Shown here piece by piece: positions 46,401 through 61,400 of a DNA stretch of 64,000 bases (positions are counted from its first letter, which is position 1; each line of letters opens with the position of its first letter). The position numbers were made by a program, and so were the translations under genes. Origin of the DNA: the human T2T-CHM13v2.0 reference genome, Homo sapiens. The stretch is taken from the NCBI RefSeq assembly GCF_009914755.1, contig NC_060927.1; one strand, 5' to 3'. The notes beneath the pieces are model-generated. The model searched no databases, had not been told where the DNA came from, and worked only from the letters and a program-made list of their open reading frames with translations.

Positions 46401-49400
46401 AACAAAGTACCAAAAGCATGTATTATATACTGTACATAAAATATGAAAGTACATCAAATATATATTTTATTCTGTACATAAAATATCAAAGTACACCAGA
46501 TATATATTCTATAGTGTACATAAAATATCAAAGTACCCAAACTATACATTATATTCTGTACATAAAATATGAAATTACATCAAATATATATTAGGTACAT
46601 AAAATATGAAAGTACATCAAATATAGATTATATACTGTACATAAAATATCAAAGTACCCCAAATATATATTATATACTCTACATGAAATATCAAAGTTCA
46701 CAAACTATATATTATATACTGTACATAAAATATCAAAGTACCCAATGTATATATTCTATACTGTACAAAAAATATCAAAGTACCCAATGCATGTATTATA
46801 TACTGTATATAAAATATGAAAGTACATCAAATATATACTTTATTTTGTACATAAAATATCAATGTACACCAGATATATATTCTATAGTGTACATAAAATA
46901 ACAAAGTACACAAACTATAAATTATATACTGTACATAAAATATGAAATTACATCAAATATATATTAGGTACATAAAATATGAAAGTACATCAAATATAGA
47001 TTATATACTGTACATATATTATCAATGTACCCCAAATATGTATTTTATACTCTACATGAAATATCAAAGTTCACAAACCATATATTATATACTGTACATA
47101 AAATATCAAAGTACCCAAGGTATATATTCTATACTGTACAAAAAATATCAAAGTACCCAAAGCATGTTTTATATACTGTACATAAAATATGAAAGTACAT
47201 CAAATATATATTTTATTCTGTACATAAAATATCAAAGTACACCAGATATATATTCTATAGTGTACATAAAATATCAAAGTACCCAAACTATACATTATAT
47301 ACTGTACATAAAATATGAAATTACATCAAATATATTTTATATTAGGTACATAAAATACGAAAGTACATCAAATATAGATTATATACTGTACATTAAATAC
47401 CAAAGTACACCAAATATATATTTTATACTGTACATGAAATATCAAAGTTCACAAACTATATATTATATACTGTACATATAATATCAAAGTACCCAAGCTA
47501 TATATTCTATACTGTACAAAAAATAACAAAGTACCAAATCCATGTATTATATACTGTACCTAAAATATGAAAGTACATGAAATATATATTTTATTCTGTA
47601 CATGAAATATCAAAGTACACCAGATATATATTCTATAGTGTACATAAAATATCAAAGTTCCCAAACTATACATTATATACTGTACATAAAATATGAAATT
47701 ACATCAAATATATATTATATTAGGTACATTAAATATGAAAGTACATCAAATATAGATTATATACTGTACATAAAATATCAAAGTACCCCAAATATATATT
47801 ATATACTCTACATGAAATATCAAAGTTCACAAGCTATATATTATATACTGTATATAAAATATCAAAGTACCCAAGGTATATATTCTATACTGTACAAAAA
47901 ATATCAAAGTACCCAAAGCATGTATTATATACTGTACATAAAATATGAAAGTACATCAAATATATATTTAATTCTGTACTTAATATATCAAAGTACACCG
48001 GATATATATTCTATAGTGTACATAAAATAACAAAGTATACAAACTATAAATTATATACTGTACATAAAATATGAAATTACATCAAATATATATTAGGTAC
48101 ATAAAATATGAAAGTACATCAAATATAGATTATATACTGTACATAAAATATCAATGTACCCCAAATATATATTTTATACTATACATGAAATATCAAAGTT
48201 CACAAACCATATTTTGTATACTGTACATAAAATATCAAAGTACCCAAGGTATATATTTTATAGTCTACAAAAAATATCAAAATACCCAAAGCATGTATTA
48301 TATACTGTACATAAAATATGAAAGTACATCGAATATATATTTTATTCTGTACATAAAATATCAAAGTACACCAGATATATATTCTATAGTGTACATAAAA
48401 TATCAAAGTACCCAAACTATACATTATATTCTGTACATAAAACATGAAATTACATCAAATATATATTAGGTACATAAAATATGAAAGTACATCAAATATA
48501 GATTATATACTGTACATAAAATATCAAAGTACCCCAAATATATATTATATACTCTACATGAAATATCAAAGTTCACAAACTATATATTATATTCTGTACA
48601 TAAAATATGAAATTACATCAAATATATATTATATTAGGTATATAAAATATGAAAGTACATCAAATATATATTTTATTCTGTACATAAAATATCAATGTAC
48701 ACCAGATATATATTCTATAGTGTACATAAAATATCAAAGTACCCAAACTATACATTATATACAGTACATAAAATATGAAATTACTTCAAATATATATTAT
48801 ATTAGGTACATAAAATATGAAAGTACATCAAATATAGATTATATACTGTACATAAAATATCAAAGTACCCCAAATATATATTATATTCTCTACATGAAAT
48901 ATCGAAGTTCACAAACTATATATTATATACTGTACATAAAATATCAAAGTACCCAAGGTATATATTCTATACTGCACAAAAAATTTCAAAGTACCCAAAT
49001 CATGTATTATATACTGTATATAAAATATGAAAGTACATCAAATATATATTTTATTCTGTACATAAAATATCAAAGTACACCAGATATATATTCTATAGTG
49101 TACATAAAATAACAAAGTACACAAACTATAAATTATATACTGTACATAAAATATGAAATTTCATCAAATATATATTAGGTACATAAAATATGAAAGTACA
49201 TCAAATATAGATTATATACTGTACATATATTATCAATGTACCCCAAATATGTATTTTATACTCTACATGAATTATCAAAGTTCACAAACCATATATTATA
49301 TACTGTACATAAAATATCAAAGTACCCAAGGTATATATTCTATACTGTACAAAAAATATCAAAGTACCCAAAGCATGTTTTATATACTGTACATAAAATA

Positions 49401-52400
49401 TGAAAGTACATCAAATATATATTTTATTCTGTACATAAAATATCAAAGTACACCAGATATATATTCTACAGTGTACATAAAATATCAATGTATCCAAACT
49501 ATACATTATATACTGTACATAAAATATGAAATTACATCAAATATATTTTATATTAGGTACATAAAATATGAAAGCACATCAAATATTGATTATATACTGT
49601 ACATAAAATATCAAAGTACCCCAAATATATATTATATACTCTACATGAAATATCAAAGTTCACAAACTATATATTATATACTGTACATAAAATAAAGTAC
49701 CCAAGGTACATATTCTATACTGTACAAAAAATATCAAAGTACCCAAAGCATGTATTATATACTGTATATAAAATATGAAATTACATCAAATATATATTTT
49801 ATTCTGTACGTAAAATATCAAAGTACACCAGATATATATTCTATAGTGTACATAAAATAACAAAGTACAAAAACTATAAATTATATACTGTACATAAAAT
49901 ATGAAATTACATCAAATATATATTAGGTACATAAAATATGAAAGTACATCAAATATAGATTATATACTGTACATTAAATACCAAAGTACCCCAAATATAT
50001 ATTTTATACTGTACATGAAATATCAAAGTTCACAAACTATATATTATATACTGTACATAAAATATCAAAGTACCCAAGGTATATATTCTATACTGTACAA
50101 AAGATATCAACGTACCCAAAGCATGTATTATATACTGTACATAAAATATGAAAGTACATCAAATATATATTTTATTCTGTACATAAAATATCAAAGTACA
50201 CCAGATATATATTCTATAGTGTACATAAAATAACAAAGTACACAAACTATACATTATATACTGTACATAAAATATGAAATTACATCAAATATATATTATG
50301 TACATAAAATATGAAAGTACATCAAATATAGATTATATACTGAACATATAATATCAATGTACCCCAAATATATATTTTATACTCTATATGAAATATCAAA
50401 GTTCAGAAACCATACATTATATACTGTACATAAAATATCAAAGTACCCAAGGTATATATTCTATACTGTACAAAAAATATCAAAGTACCCAAAGCATGTA
50501 TTATATACTGTACATAAAATATGAAAGTACATCAAATATATATTTTATTCTGTACATAAAATATCAAAGTACACCAGATATATATTCTATAGTGTACATA
50601 AAATATCAAAGTACCCAAACTATACATTATATACTGTACATAAAATATGAAATTACATCAAATATATATTAGGTACATAAAATATGAAAGTACATAAAAT
50701 ATAGATTATATACTGTACATAAAATATCAAAGTACCCCAAATATATATTATATACTCTACATGAAATATCAAATTTCACAAACTATATATTATATACTGT
50801 ACATAAAATATCAAAGTACCCAAGGTATATATTCTATACTGTACAAAAAATATCAGAGTACCCAAAGCATGTATTATGTACTGTATATAAAATATGAAAG
50901 TACATTAAAGATATATTTTATTCTGTACAAAAAATATCAAAGTACACCAGATATATATTCTATAGTGTACATAAAATAACAATGTACACAAACTATAAAT
51001 TATATACTGTACATAAAATATGAAATTACATCAAATATATATTAGGTACATAAAATATGAAAGTACATCAAATATAGATTATATACTGTACATGTAATAT
51101 CAATGTACCCCAAATATATATTTTATACTCTACATGAAATATCAAAGTTCACAAACCATACATTATATACTGTACATAAAATATCAAAGTACCCAAGGTA
51201 TATATTCTATACTGTACAAATAATATCAAACTACCCAAAGCATGTATTATAAACTGTACATAAAATATGAAAGTACATCAAATATATATTTTATTCTGTA
51301 CATAAAATATCAAAGTACACCAGATATATATTCTATAGTGTACATAAAATATCAAAGTACCCAAACTATACATTATATACTGTACATAAAATATGAAATT
51401 ACATCAAATATATATTAGGTACATAAAATATGAAAGTACATCAAATATAGATTATATACTGTACATAAAATATCAAAGTACCCCAAATATATATTATATA
51501 CTCTACATGAAATATCAAAGTTCACAAACTATATATTATATACTGTACATAAAATATCAAAGTACCCAAGGTATATATTCTATATTGTACAAAAAATATC
51601 AAAGTACCCAAAGGATGTATTATATACTGTACATAAAATATGAAAGTACATCAAATATATATTTTATTCTGTACATAAAATATCAAAGTACACCAGATAT
51701 ATATTCTATAGTGTACATAAAATAACAAAGTACACAAACTATACATTATATACTGTACATAAAATATGAAATTACATCAAATATATTTTAGGTACATAAA
51801 ATATGAAAGTACATCAAATATAGATTATATACTGTACATAAAATATCAATGTACCCCAAATATATATTTTATACTCTACATGAAATATCAAAGTTCACAA
51901 ACCATATATTGTATACTGTACATAAAATATCAAAGTACCCAAGGTATATATTCTATACTATAAAAAAAATATCAAAGTACCCAAAGCATGTGTTATTTAC
52001 TGTACATAAAATATGAAAGTACATCAAATATATATTTTATTCTGTACATAAAATATCAAAGTACACCAGATATATATTCTATAGTGTACATAATATATCA
52101 AAATACCCAAACTATACTTTATATACTGTACATAAAATATGAGATTTCATCAAATATATATTATATTAGGTACATAAAATATGAAAGTACATCAAATATA
52201 GATTATATACTGTGCATAAAATATCAAAGTACCCCAAATATATATTATATACTCTACATGAAATATCAAAGTTCACAAACTATATATTATATACTGTACA
52301 TAAAATATCAAAGTACCCAAGGTATATATTCTATACTGTACAAAAAATATCAAAGTACCCAAAGCATGTATTATATACTGTATATAAAATAAGAAAGTAC

Positions 52401-55400
52401 ATTAAATACATATTTTATTCTGTACATAAAATATCAAAGTACACCAGATATATATTCTATAGCGTACATAAAATAACAAAGTACACAAACTATAAATTAT
52501 ATACTGTACATAAAATATGAAATTACATCAAATATATATTAGGTACATAAAATATGAAAGTACATCAAATATAGATTATATACTGAACATATAATATCAA
52601 TGTACCCCAAATATATATTTTATACTCTACATGAAATATCAAAGTTCAGAAACCATACATTATATACTGTACATAAAATATCAAAGTACCCAAGGTATAT
52701 ATTCTATAATGTACAAAAAATATCAAAGTACCCAAAGCATGTATTATATACTGTACATAAAATATGAAAGTACATCAAATATATATTTTATTCTGTACAT
52801 AAAATATCAAAGTACACCAGATATATATTCTATAGTGTACATAAAATATCAAAGTACCCAAACTATACATTATATACTGTACATAAAATATGAAATTACA
52901 TCAAATATACATTAGGTACATAAAATATGAAAGTACATCAAATATAGATTATATACTGTACATAAAATATCAAAGTACCCCAAATATATATTATATACTC
53001 TACATGAAATATCAAATTTCACAAACTATATATTATATACTGTACATAAAATATCAAAGTACCCAAGGTATATATTCTATACTGTACAAAAAATATCAAA
53101 GTACCCAAAGCATGTATTATATATTGTATATAAAATATGAAAGTACATTAAAGATATATTTTATTCTGTACATAAAATATCAAATTACACCAGATATATA
53201 TTCTATAGTGTACATAAAATAACAAAGTACACAAACTATAAATTATATACTGTACATAAAATATGAAATTACATCAAATATATATTAGGTACATAAAATA
53301 TGAAAGTACATCAAATATAGATTATATACTGTATATAAAATATCAATGTACCCCAAATATATATTTTATACTCTACATGAAATATCAAAGTTCACAAACC
53401 ATATATTATATACTGTACATAAAATATCAAAGTACCCAAGGTATATATTCTATACTATACAAAAAATATCAAAGTACCCAAAGCATGTATTATACACTGT
53501 ACATAAAATATGAAAGTACATCAAATATATATTTTATTCTGTACATAAAATATCAAAGTACACCAGATATATATTCTATAGTGTACATAAAATATCAAAA
53601 TACCCAAACTATACATTATATACTGTACATAAAATACGAGATTACATCAAATATATATTATATTAGGTACATAAAATATGAAAGTACATCAAATATAGAT
53701 TATATACTGTACATAAAATATCAAAGTACCCCGAATATATATTATATACTCTACATGAAATATCAAAGTTCACAAACTATATATTATATACTGTACATAA
53801 AATATCAAAGTACCCAAGGTATATATTCTATACTGTACAAAAGATATCAAAGTACCCAAAGCATGTATTATATACTGTATATAAAATATGAAAGTACATT
53901 AAATATATATTTTATTCTGTACATAAAATATCAAAGTACACCAGATATATATTCTATAGTGTAGATAAAATAACAAAGTACACAAACTATAAATTATATA
54001 CTGTACATAAAATATGAAATTACATCAAATATATATTAGGTACATAAAATATGAAAGTACATCAAATATAGATTATATACTGAACATATAATATCAATGT
54101 ACCCCAAATATATATTTGATACTCTACATGAAATATCAAAGTTCAGAAACCATACATTATATACTGTACATAAAATATCAAAGTACCCAAGGTATATATT
54201 CTATACTGTACAAAAAATATCAAAGTACCCAAAGCATGTATTATATACTGTACATAATATATGAAAGTACATCAAATATATATTTTATTCTGTACATAAA
54301 ATATCAAAGTACACCAGATATATATTCTATAGTGTACATAAAATATCAAAGAACCCAAACTATACATTATATACTGTACATAAAATATGAAATTACATCA
54401 AATATATATTAGGTACATAAAATATGAAAGTATATCAAATATAGATTATATACTGTACATAAAATATCAAAGTACCCCAAATATATATTATATACTCTAC
54501 ATGAAATATCAAAGTTCACAAACTATATATTATATACTGTACATAAAATATCAAAGTACCCAAGGTATATATTCTATACTGTACAAAAAATATCAAGGTA
54601 CCCAAAGCATGTATTATATACTGTACATAAAATATGAAAGTACATCAAATATATATTTTATTCTGTACATAAAATATCAAAGTACACCAGATATATATTC
54701 TATAGTGTACATAAAATAACAAAGTACACAAACTATACATTATATACTGTACATAAAATATGAAATTACATCAAATATATATTAGGTACATAAAATATGA
54801 AAGAACATTAAACATAGATTATATACTGTACAAAAAATATCAAAGTACCCCAAATATATATTATATACTCTACATGAAATATCAAAGTTCACAAACTATA
54901 TATTATATACTGTACATAAAATATCAAAGTACCCAAGGTATATATTCTATACTGTAAAAAAAATATCAGAGTACCCAAAGCATGTATTATATACTGTACA
55001 TAAAATATGAAAGTACATCAAATATACATTTAATTCTGTACTTAATATATCAAAGTACACCGGATATATATTCTATAGTGTACATAAAATAACAAAGTAC
55101 ACAAACTATAAATTATATACTGTACATAAAATATGAAATTACATCAAATATATATTAGGTACATAAAATATGAAAGTACATCAAATATAGATTATATACT
55201 GTACATAAAATATCAATGTACCCCAAATATATATTTTATACTATACATGAAATATCAAAGTTCACAAACCATATTTTGTATACTGTACATAAAATATCAA
55301 AGTACCCAAGGTATATATTTTATACTCTACAAAAAATATCAAAATACCCAAAGCATGTATTATATACTGTACATAAAATATGAAAGTACATCGAATATAT

Positions 55401-58400
55401 ATTTTATTCTGTACATAAAATATCAAAGTACACCAGATATATATTCTATAGTGTATATAAAATATCAAAGTACCCAAACTATACATTATATTCTGTACAT
55501 AAAATATGAAATTACATCAAATATATATTAGGTACATAAAATATGAAAGTACATCAAATATAGATTATATACTGTACATAAAATATCAAAGTACCCCAAA
55601 TATATATTATATTCTCTACATGAAATATCGAAGTTCACAAACTATATATTACATACTGTACATAAAATATCAAAGTACCCAAGGTATATATTCTATACTG
55701 CACAAAAAATTTCAAAGTACCCAAATCATGTATTATATACTGTATATAAAATATGAAAGTACATCAAATATATATTTTATTCTGTACATAAAATATCAAA
55801 GTACACCAGATATATATTCTATAGTGTACATAAAATAACAAAGTACACAAACTATAAATTATATACTGTACATAAAATATGAAATTTCATCAAATATATA
55901 TTAGGTACATAAAATATGAAAGTACATCAAATATAGATTATATACTGTACATATATTATCAATGTACCCCAAATATGTATTTTATACTCTACATGAATTA
56001 TCAAAGTTCACAAACCATATATTATATACTGTACATAAAATATCAAAGTACCCAAGGTATATATTCTATACTGTACAAAAAATATCAAAGTACCCAAAGC
56101 ATGTTTTATATACTGTACATAAAATATGAAAGTACATCAAATATATATTTTATTCTGTACATAAAATATCAAAGTACACCAGATATATATTCTACAGTGT
56201 ACATAAAATATCAAAGTACCCAAACTATACATTATATACTGTACATAAAATATGAAATTACATCAAATATATTTTATATTAGGTACATAAAATATGAAAG
56301 TACATCAAATATAGATTATATACTGTACATTAAATACCAAAGTACCCCAAATATATATTTTATACTGTACATGAAATATCAAAGTTCACAAACTATATAT
56401 TATATACTGTACATATAATATCAAAGTACCCAAGGTATATATTCTATACTGTACAAAAAATAACAAAGTACCAAAAGCATGTATTATATACTGTACCTAA
56501 AATATGAAAGTACATGAAATATATATTTTATTCTGTACATAAAATATCAAAGTACACCAGATATATATTCTATAGTGTACATAAAATATCAAAATACCCA
56601 AACTATACATTATATACTGTACATAAAATATGAAATTACATCAAATATATATTATATTAGGTACATAAAATATGAAAGTACATCAAATATAGATTATATA
56701 CTGTACATTAAATACCAAAGTACCCCAAATATATATTTTATACTGTACGTGAAATATCAAAGTTCACAAACTATATATTATATACTGTACATAAAATATC
56801 AAAGTACCCAAGTTATATATTCTATACTGTACAAAAAATATCAAATTACCCAAAGCATGTATTATATACTGTACCTAAAATATGAAAGTACATCAAATAT
56901 ATATTTTATTCTGTACATAAAATATCAAAGTACACCAGATATATATTCTATAGTGTACATAAAATAACAAAGTACAAAAACTATAAATTATATACTGTAC
57001 ATAAAATATGAAATTACACCAAATATATATTAGGTACATAAAATATGAAAGTACATCAAATATAGATTATATACTGTACATATAATATCAATGTACCCCA
57101 AATATATATTTTATACTCTACATGAAATATCAAAGTTCACAAACCATATATTATATACTGTACATAAAATATCAAAGTACCCAAGGTATATATTCTATAC
57201 TATTCAAAAAATATCAAAGTAACCAAAGCATGTATTATATACTGTACATAAAATATGAAAGTACATCAAATATATATTTTATTCTGTACATAAAATATCA
57301 AAGTACACCAGATATATATTCTATAGTGTACATAAAATATCAAAGTACCCAAACTATACATTACATACTGTACATAAAATATGAAATTACATCAAATATA
57401 TATTATATTAGGTACATAAAATATGAAAGTACATCAAATATAGATTATATACTGTACATAAAATATCAAAGTACCCCAAATATATATTATATACTCTACA
57501 TGAAATATCAAAGTTCACAAACTATATTTTATATACTGTACATAAAATAAAGTACCCAAGGTACATATTCTATACTGTACAAAAAATATCAAAGTACCCA
57601 AAGCATGTATTATATACTGTATATAAAATATGAAATTACATCAAATATATATTTTATTCTGTACGTAAAATATCAAAGTACACCAGATATATATTCTATA
57701 GTGTACATAAAATAACAAAGTACAAAAACTATAAATTATATACTGTACATAAAATATGAAATTACATCAAATATATATTAGGTACATAAAATATGAAAGT
57801 ACATCAAATATAGATTATATACTGTACATTAAATACCAAAGTACCCCAAATATATATTTTATACTGTACATGAAATATCAAAGTTCACAAACTATATATT
57901 ATATACTGTACATAAAATATCAAAGTACCCAAGGTATATATTCTATACTGTACAAAAGATATCAACGTACCCAAAGCATGTATTATATACTGTACATAAA
58001 ATATGAAAGTACATCAAATATATATTTTATTCTGTACATAAAATATCAAAGTACACCAGATATATATTCTATAGTGTACAAAAAATAACAAAGTACACAA
58101 ACTATACATTATATACTGTACATAAAATATGAAATTACATCAAATATATATTATGTACATAAAATATGAAAGTACATCAAATATAGATTATATACTGAAC
58201 ATATAATATCAATGTACCCCAAATATATATTTTATACTCTATATGAAATATCAAAGTTAAGAAACCATACATTATATACTGTACATAAAATATCAAAGTA
58301 CCCAAGGTATATATTCTATACTGTACAAAAAATATCAAAGTACCCAAAGCATGTATTATATACTGTACATAAAATATGAAAGTACATCAAATATATATTT

Positions 58401-61400
58401 TATTCTGTACATAAAATATCAAAGTACACCAGATATATATTCTATAGTGTACATAAAATATCAAAGTACCCAAACTATACATTATATACTGTACATAAAA
58501 TATGAAATTACATCAAATATATATTAGGTACATAAAATATGAAAGTACATAAAATATAGATTATATACTGTACATAAAATATCAAAGTACCCCAAATATA
58601 TATTATATACTCTACATGAAATATCAAATTTCACAAACTATATATTATATACTGTACATAAAATATCAAAGTACCCAAGGTATATATTCTATACTGTACA
58701 AAAAATATCAGAGTATCCAAAGCATGTATTATATACTGTATATAAAATATGAAAGTACATTAAAGATATATTTTATTCTGTACAAAAAATATCAAAGTAC
58801 ACCAGATATATATTCTACAGTGTACATAAAATAACAATGTACACAAACTATAAATTATATACTGTACATAAAATATGAAATTACATCAAATATATATTAG
58901 GTACATAAAATATGAAAGTACATCAAATATAGATTATATACTGTACATGTAATATCAATGTACCCCAAATATATATTTTATACTCTACATGAAATATCAA
59001 AGTTCACAAACCATACATTATATACTGTACATAAAATATCAAAGTACCCAAGGTATATATTCTATACTGTACAAATAATATCAAACTACCCAAAGCATGT
59101 ATTATAAACTGTACATAAAATATGAAAGTACATCAAATATATATTTTATTCTGTACATAAAATATCAAAGTACACCAGATACATATTCTATAGTGTACAT
59201 AAAATATCAAAGTACCCAAACTATACATTATATACTGTACATAAAATATGAAATTACATCAAATATATATTAGGTACATAAAATATGAAAGTACATCAAA
59301 TATAGATTATATACTGTACATAAAATATCAAAGTACCCCAAATATATATTATATACTCTACATGAAATATCAAAGTTCACAAACTATATATTATATACTG
59401 TACATAAAATATCAAAGTACCCAAGGTATATATTCTATACTGTACAAAAAATATCAAAGTACCCAAAGGATGTATTATATACTGTACATAAAATATGAAA
59501 GTACATCAAATATATATTTTATTCTGTACATAAAATATCAAAGTACACCAGATATATATTCTATAGTGTGCATAAAATAACAAAGTACACAAACTATACA
59601 TTATATACTGTACATAAAATATGAAATTACATCAAATATATTTTAGGTACATAAAATATGAAAGTACATCAAATATAGATTATATACTGTACATAAAATA
59701 TCAATGTACCCCAAATATATATTTTATACTCTACATGAAATATCAAAGTTCAGAAACCATATATTATATACTGTACATAAAATATCAAAGTACCCAAGGT
59801 ATATATTCTATACTATAAAAAAAATATCAAAGTACCCAAAGCCTGTGTTATTTACTGTACATAAAATATGAAAGTACATCAAATATATATTTTATTCTGT
59901 ACATAAAATATCAAAGTACACCAGATATATATTCTATAGTGTACATAATATATCAAAATACCCAAACTATACATTATATACTGTACATAAAATATGAGAT
60001 TACATCAAATATATATTATATTAGGTACATAAAATATGAAAGTACATCACATATAGATTATATACTGTGCATAAAATATCAAAGTACCCCAAATATATAT
60101 TATATACTCTATATGAAATATCAAAGTTCACAAACTATATATTATATACTGTACATAAAATATCAAAGTACCCAAGGTATATATTCTATACTGTACAAAA
60201 AATATCAAAGTACCCAAAGCATGTATTATATACTGTATATAAAATAAGAAAGTACATTAAATACATATTTTATTCTGTACATAAAATATCAAAGTACACC
60301 AGATATATATTCTATAGCGTACATAAAATAACAAAGTACACAAACTATAAATTATATACTGTACATAAAATATGAAATTACATCAAATATATATTAGGTA
60401 CATAAAATATGAAAGTACATCAAATATAGATTATATACTGAACATATAATATCAATGAACCCCAAATATATATTTTATACTCTACATGAAATATCAAAGT
60501 TCAGAAACCATACATTATATACTGTACATAAAATTTCAAAGTACCCAAGGTATATATTCTACAATGTACAAAAAATATCAAAGTACCCAAAGCATGTATT
60601 ATATACTGTACATAAAATATGAAAGTACATCAAATATATATTTTATTCTGTACATAAAATATCAAAGTACACCAGATATATATTCTATAGTGTACATAAA
60701 ATATCAAAGTACCCAAACTATACATTATATACTGTACATAAAATATGAAATTACATCAAATATACATTAGGTACATAAAATATGAAAGTACATCAAATAT
60801 AGATTATATACTGTACATAAAATATCAAAGTACCCCAAATATATATTATATACTCTACATGAAATATCAAATTTCACAAACTATATATTATATACTGTAC
60901 ATAAAATATCAAAGTACCCAAGGTATATATTCTATACTGTACAAAAAATATCAAAGTACCCAAAGCATGTATTATATATTGTATATAAAATATGAAAGTA
61001 CATTAAAGATATATTTTATTCTGTACATAAAATATCAAAGTACACCAGATATATATTCTATAGTGTACATAAAATAACAAAGTACACAAACTATAAATTA
61101 TATACTGTACATAAAATATGAAATTACATCAAATATATATTAGGTACATAAAATATGAAAGTACATCAAATATAGATTATATACTGTATATAAAATATCA
61201 ATGTACCCCAAATATATATTTTATACTCTACATGAAATATCAAAGTTCACAAACCATATATTATATACTGTACATAAAATATCAAAGTACCCAAGGTATA
61301 TATTCTATACTATACAAAAAATATCAAAGTACCCAAAGCATGTATTATACACTGTACATAAAATATGAAAGTACATCAAATATACATTTTATTCTGTACA

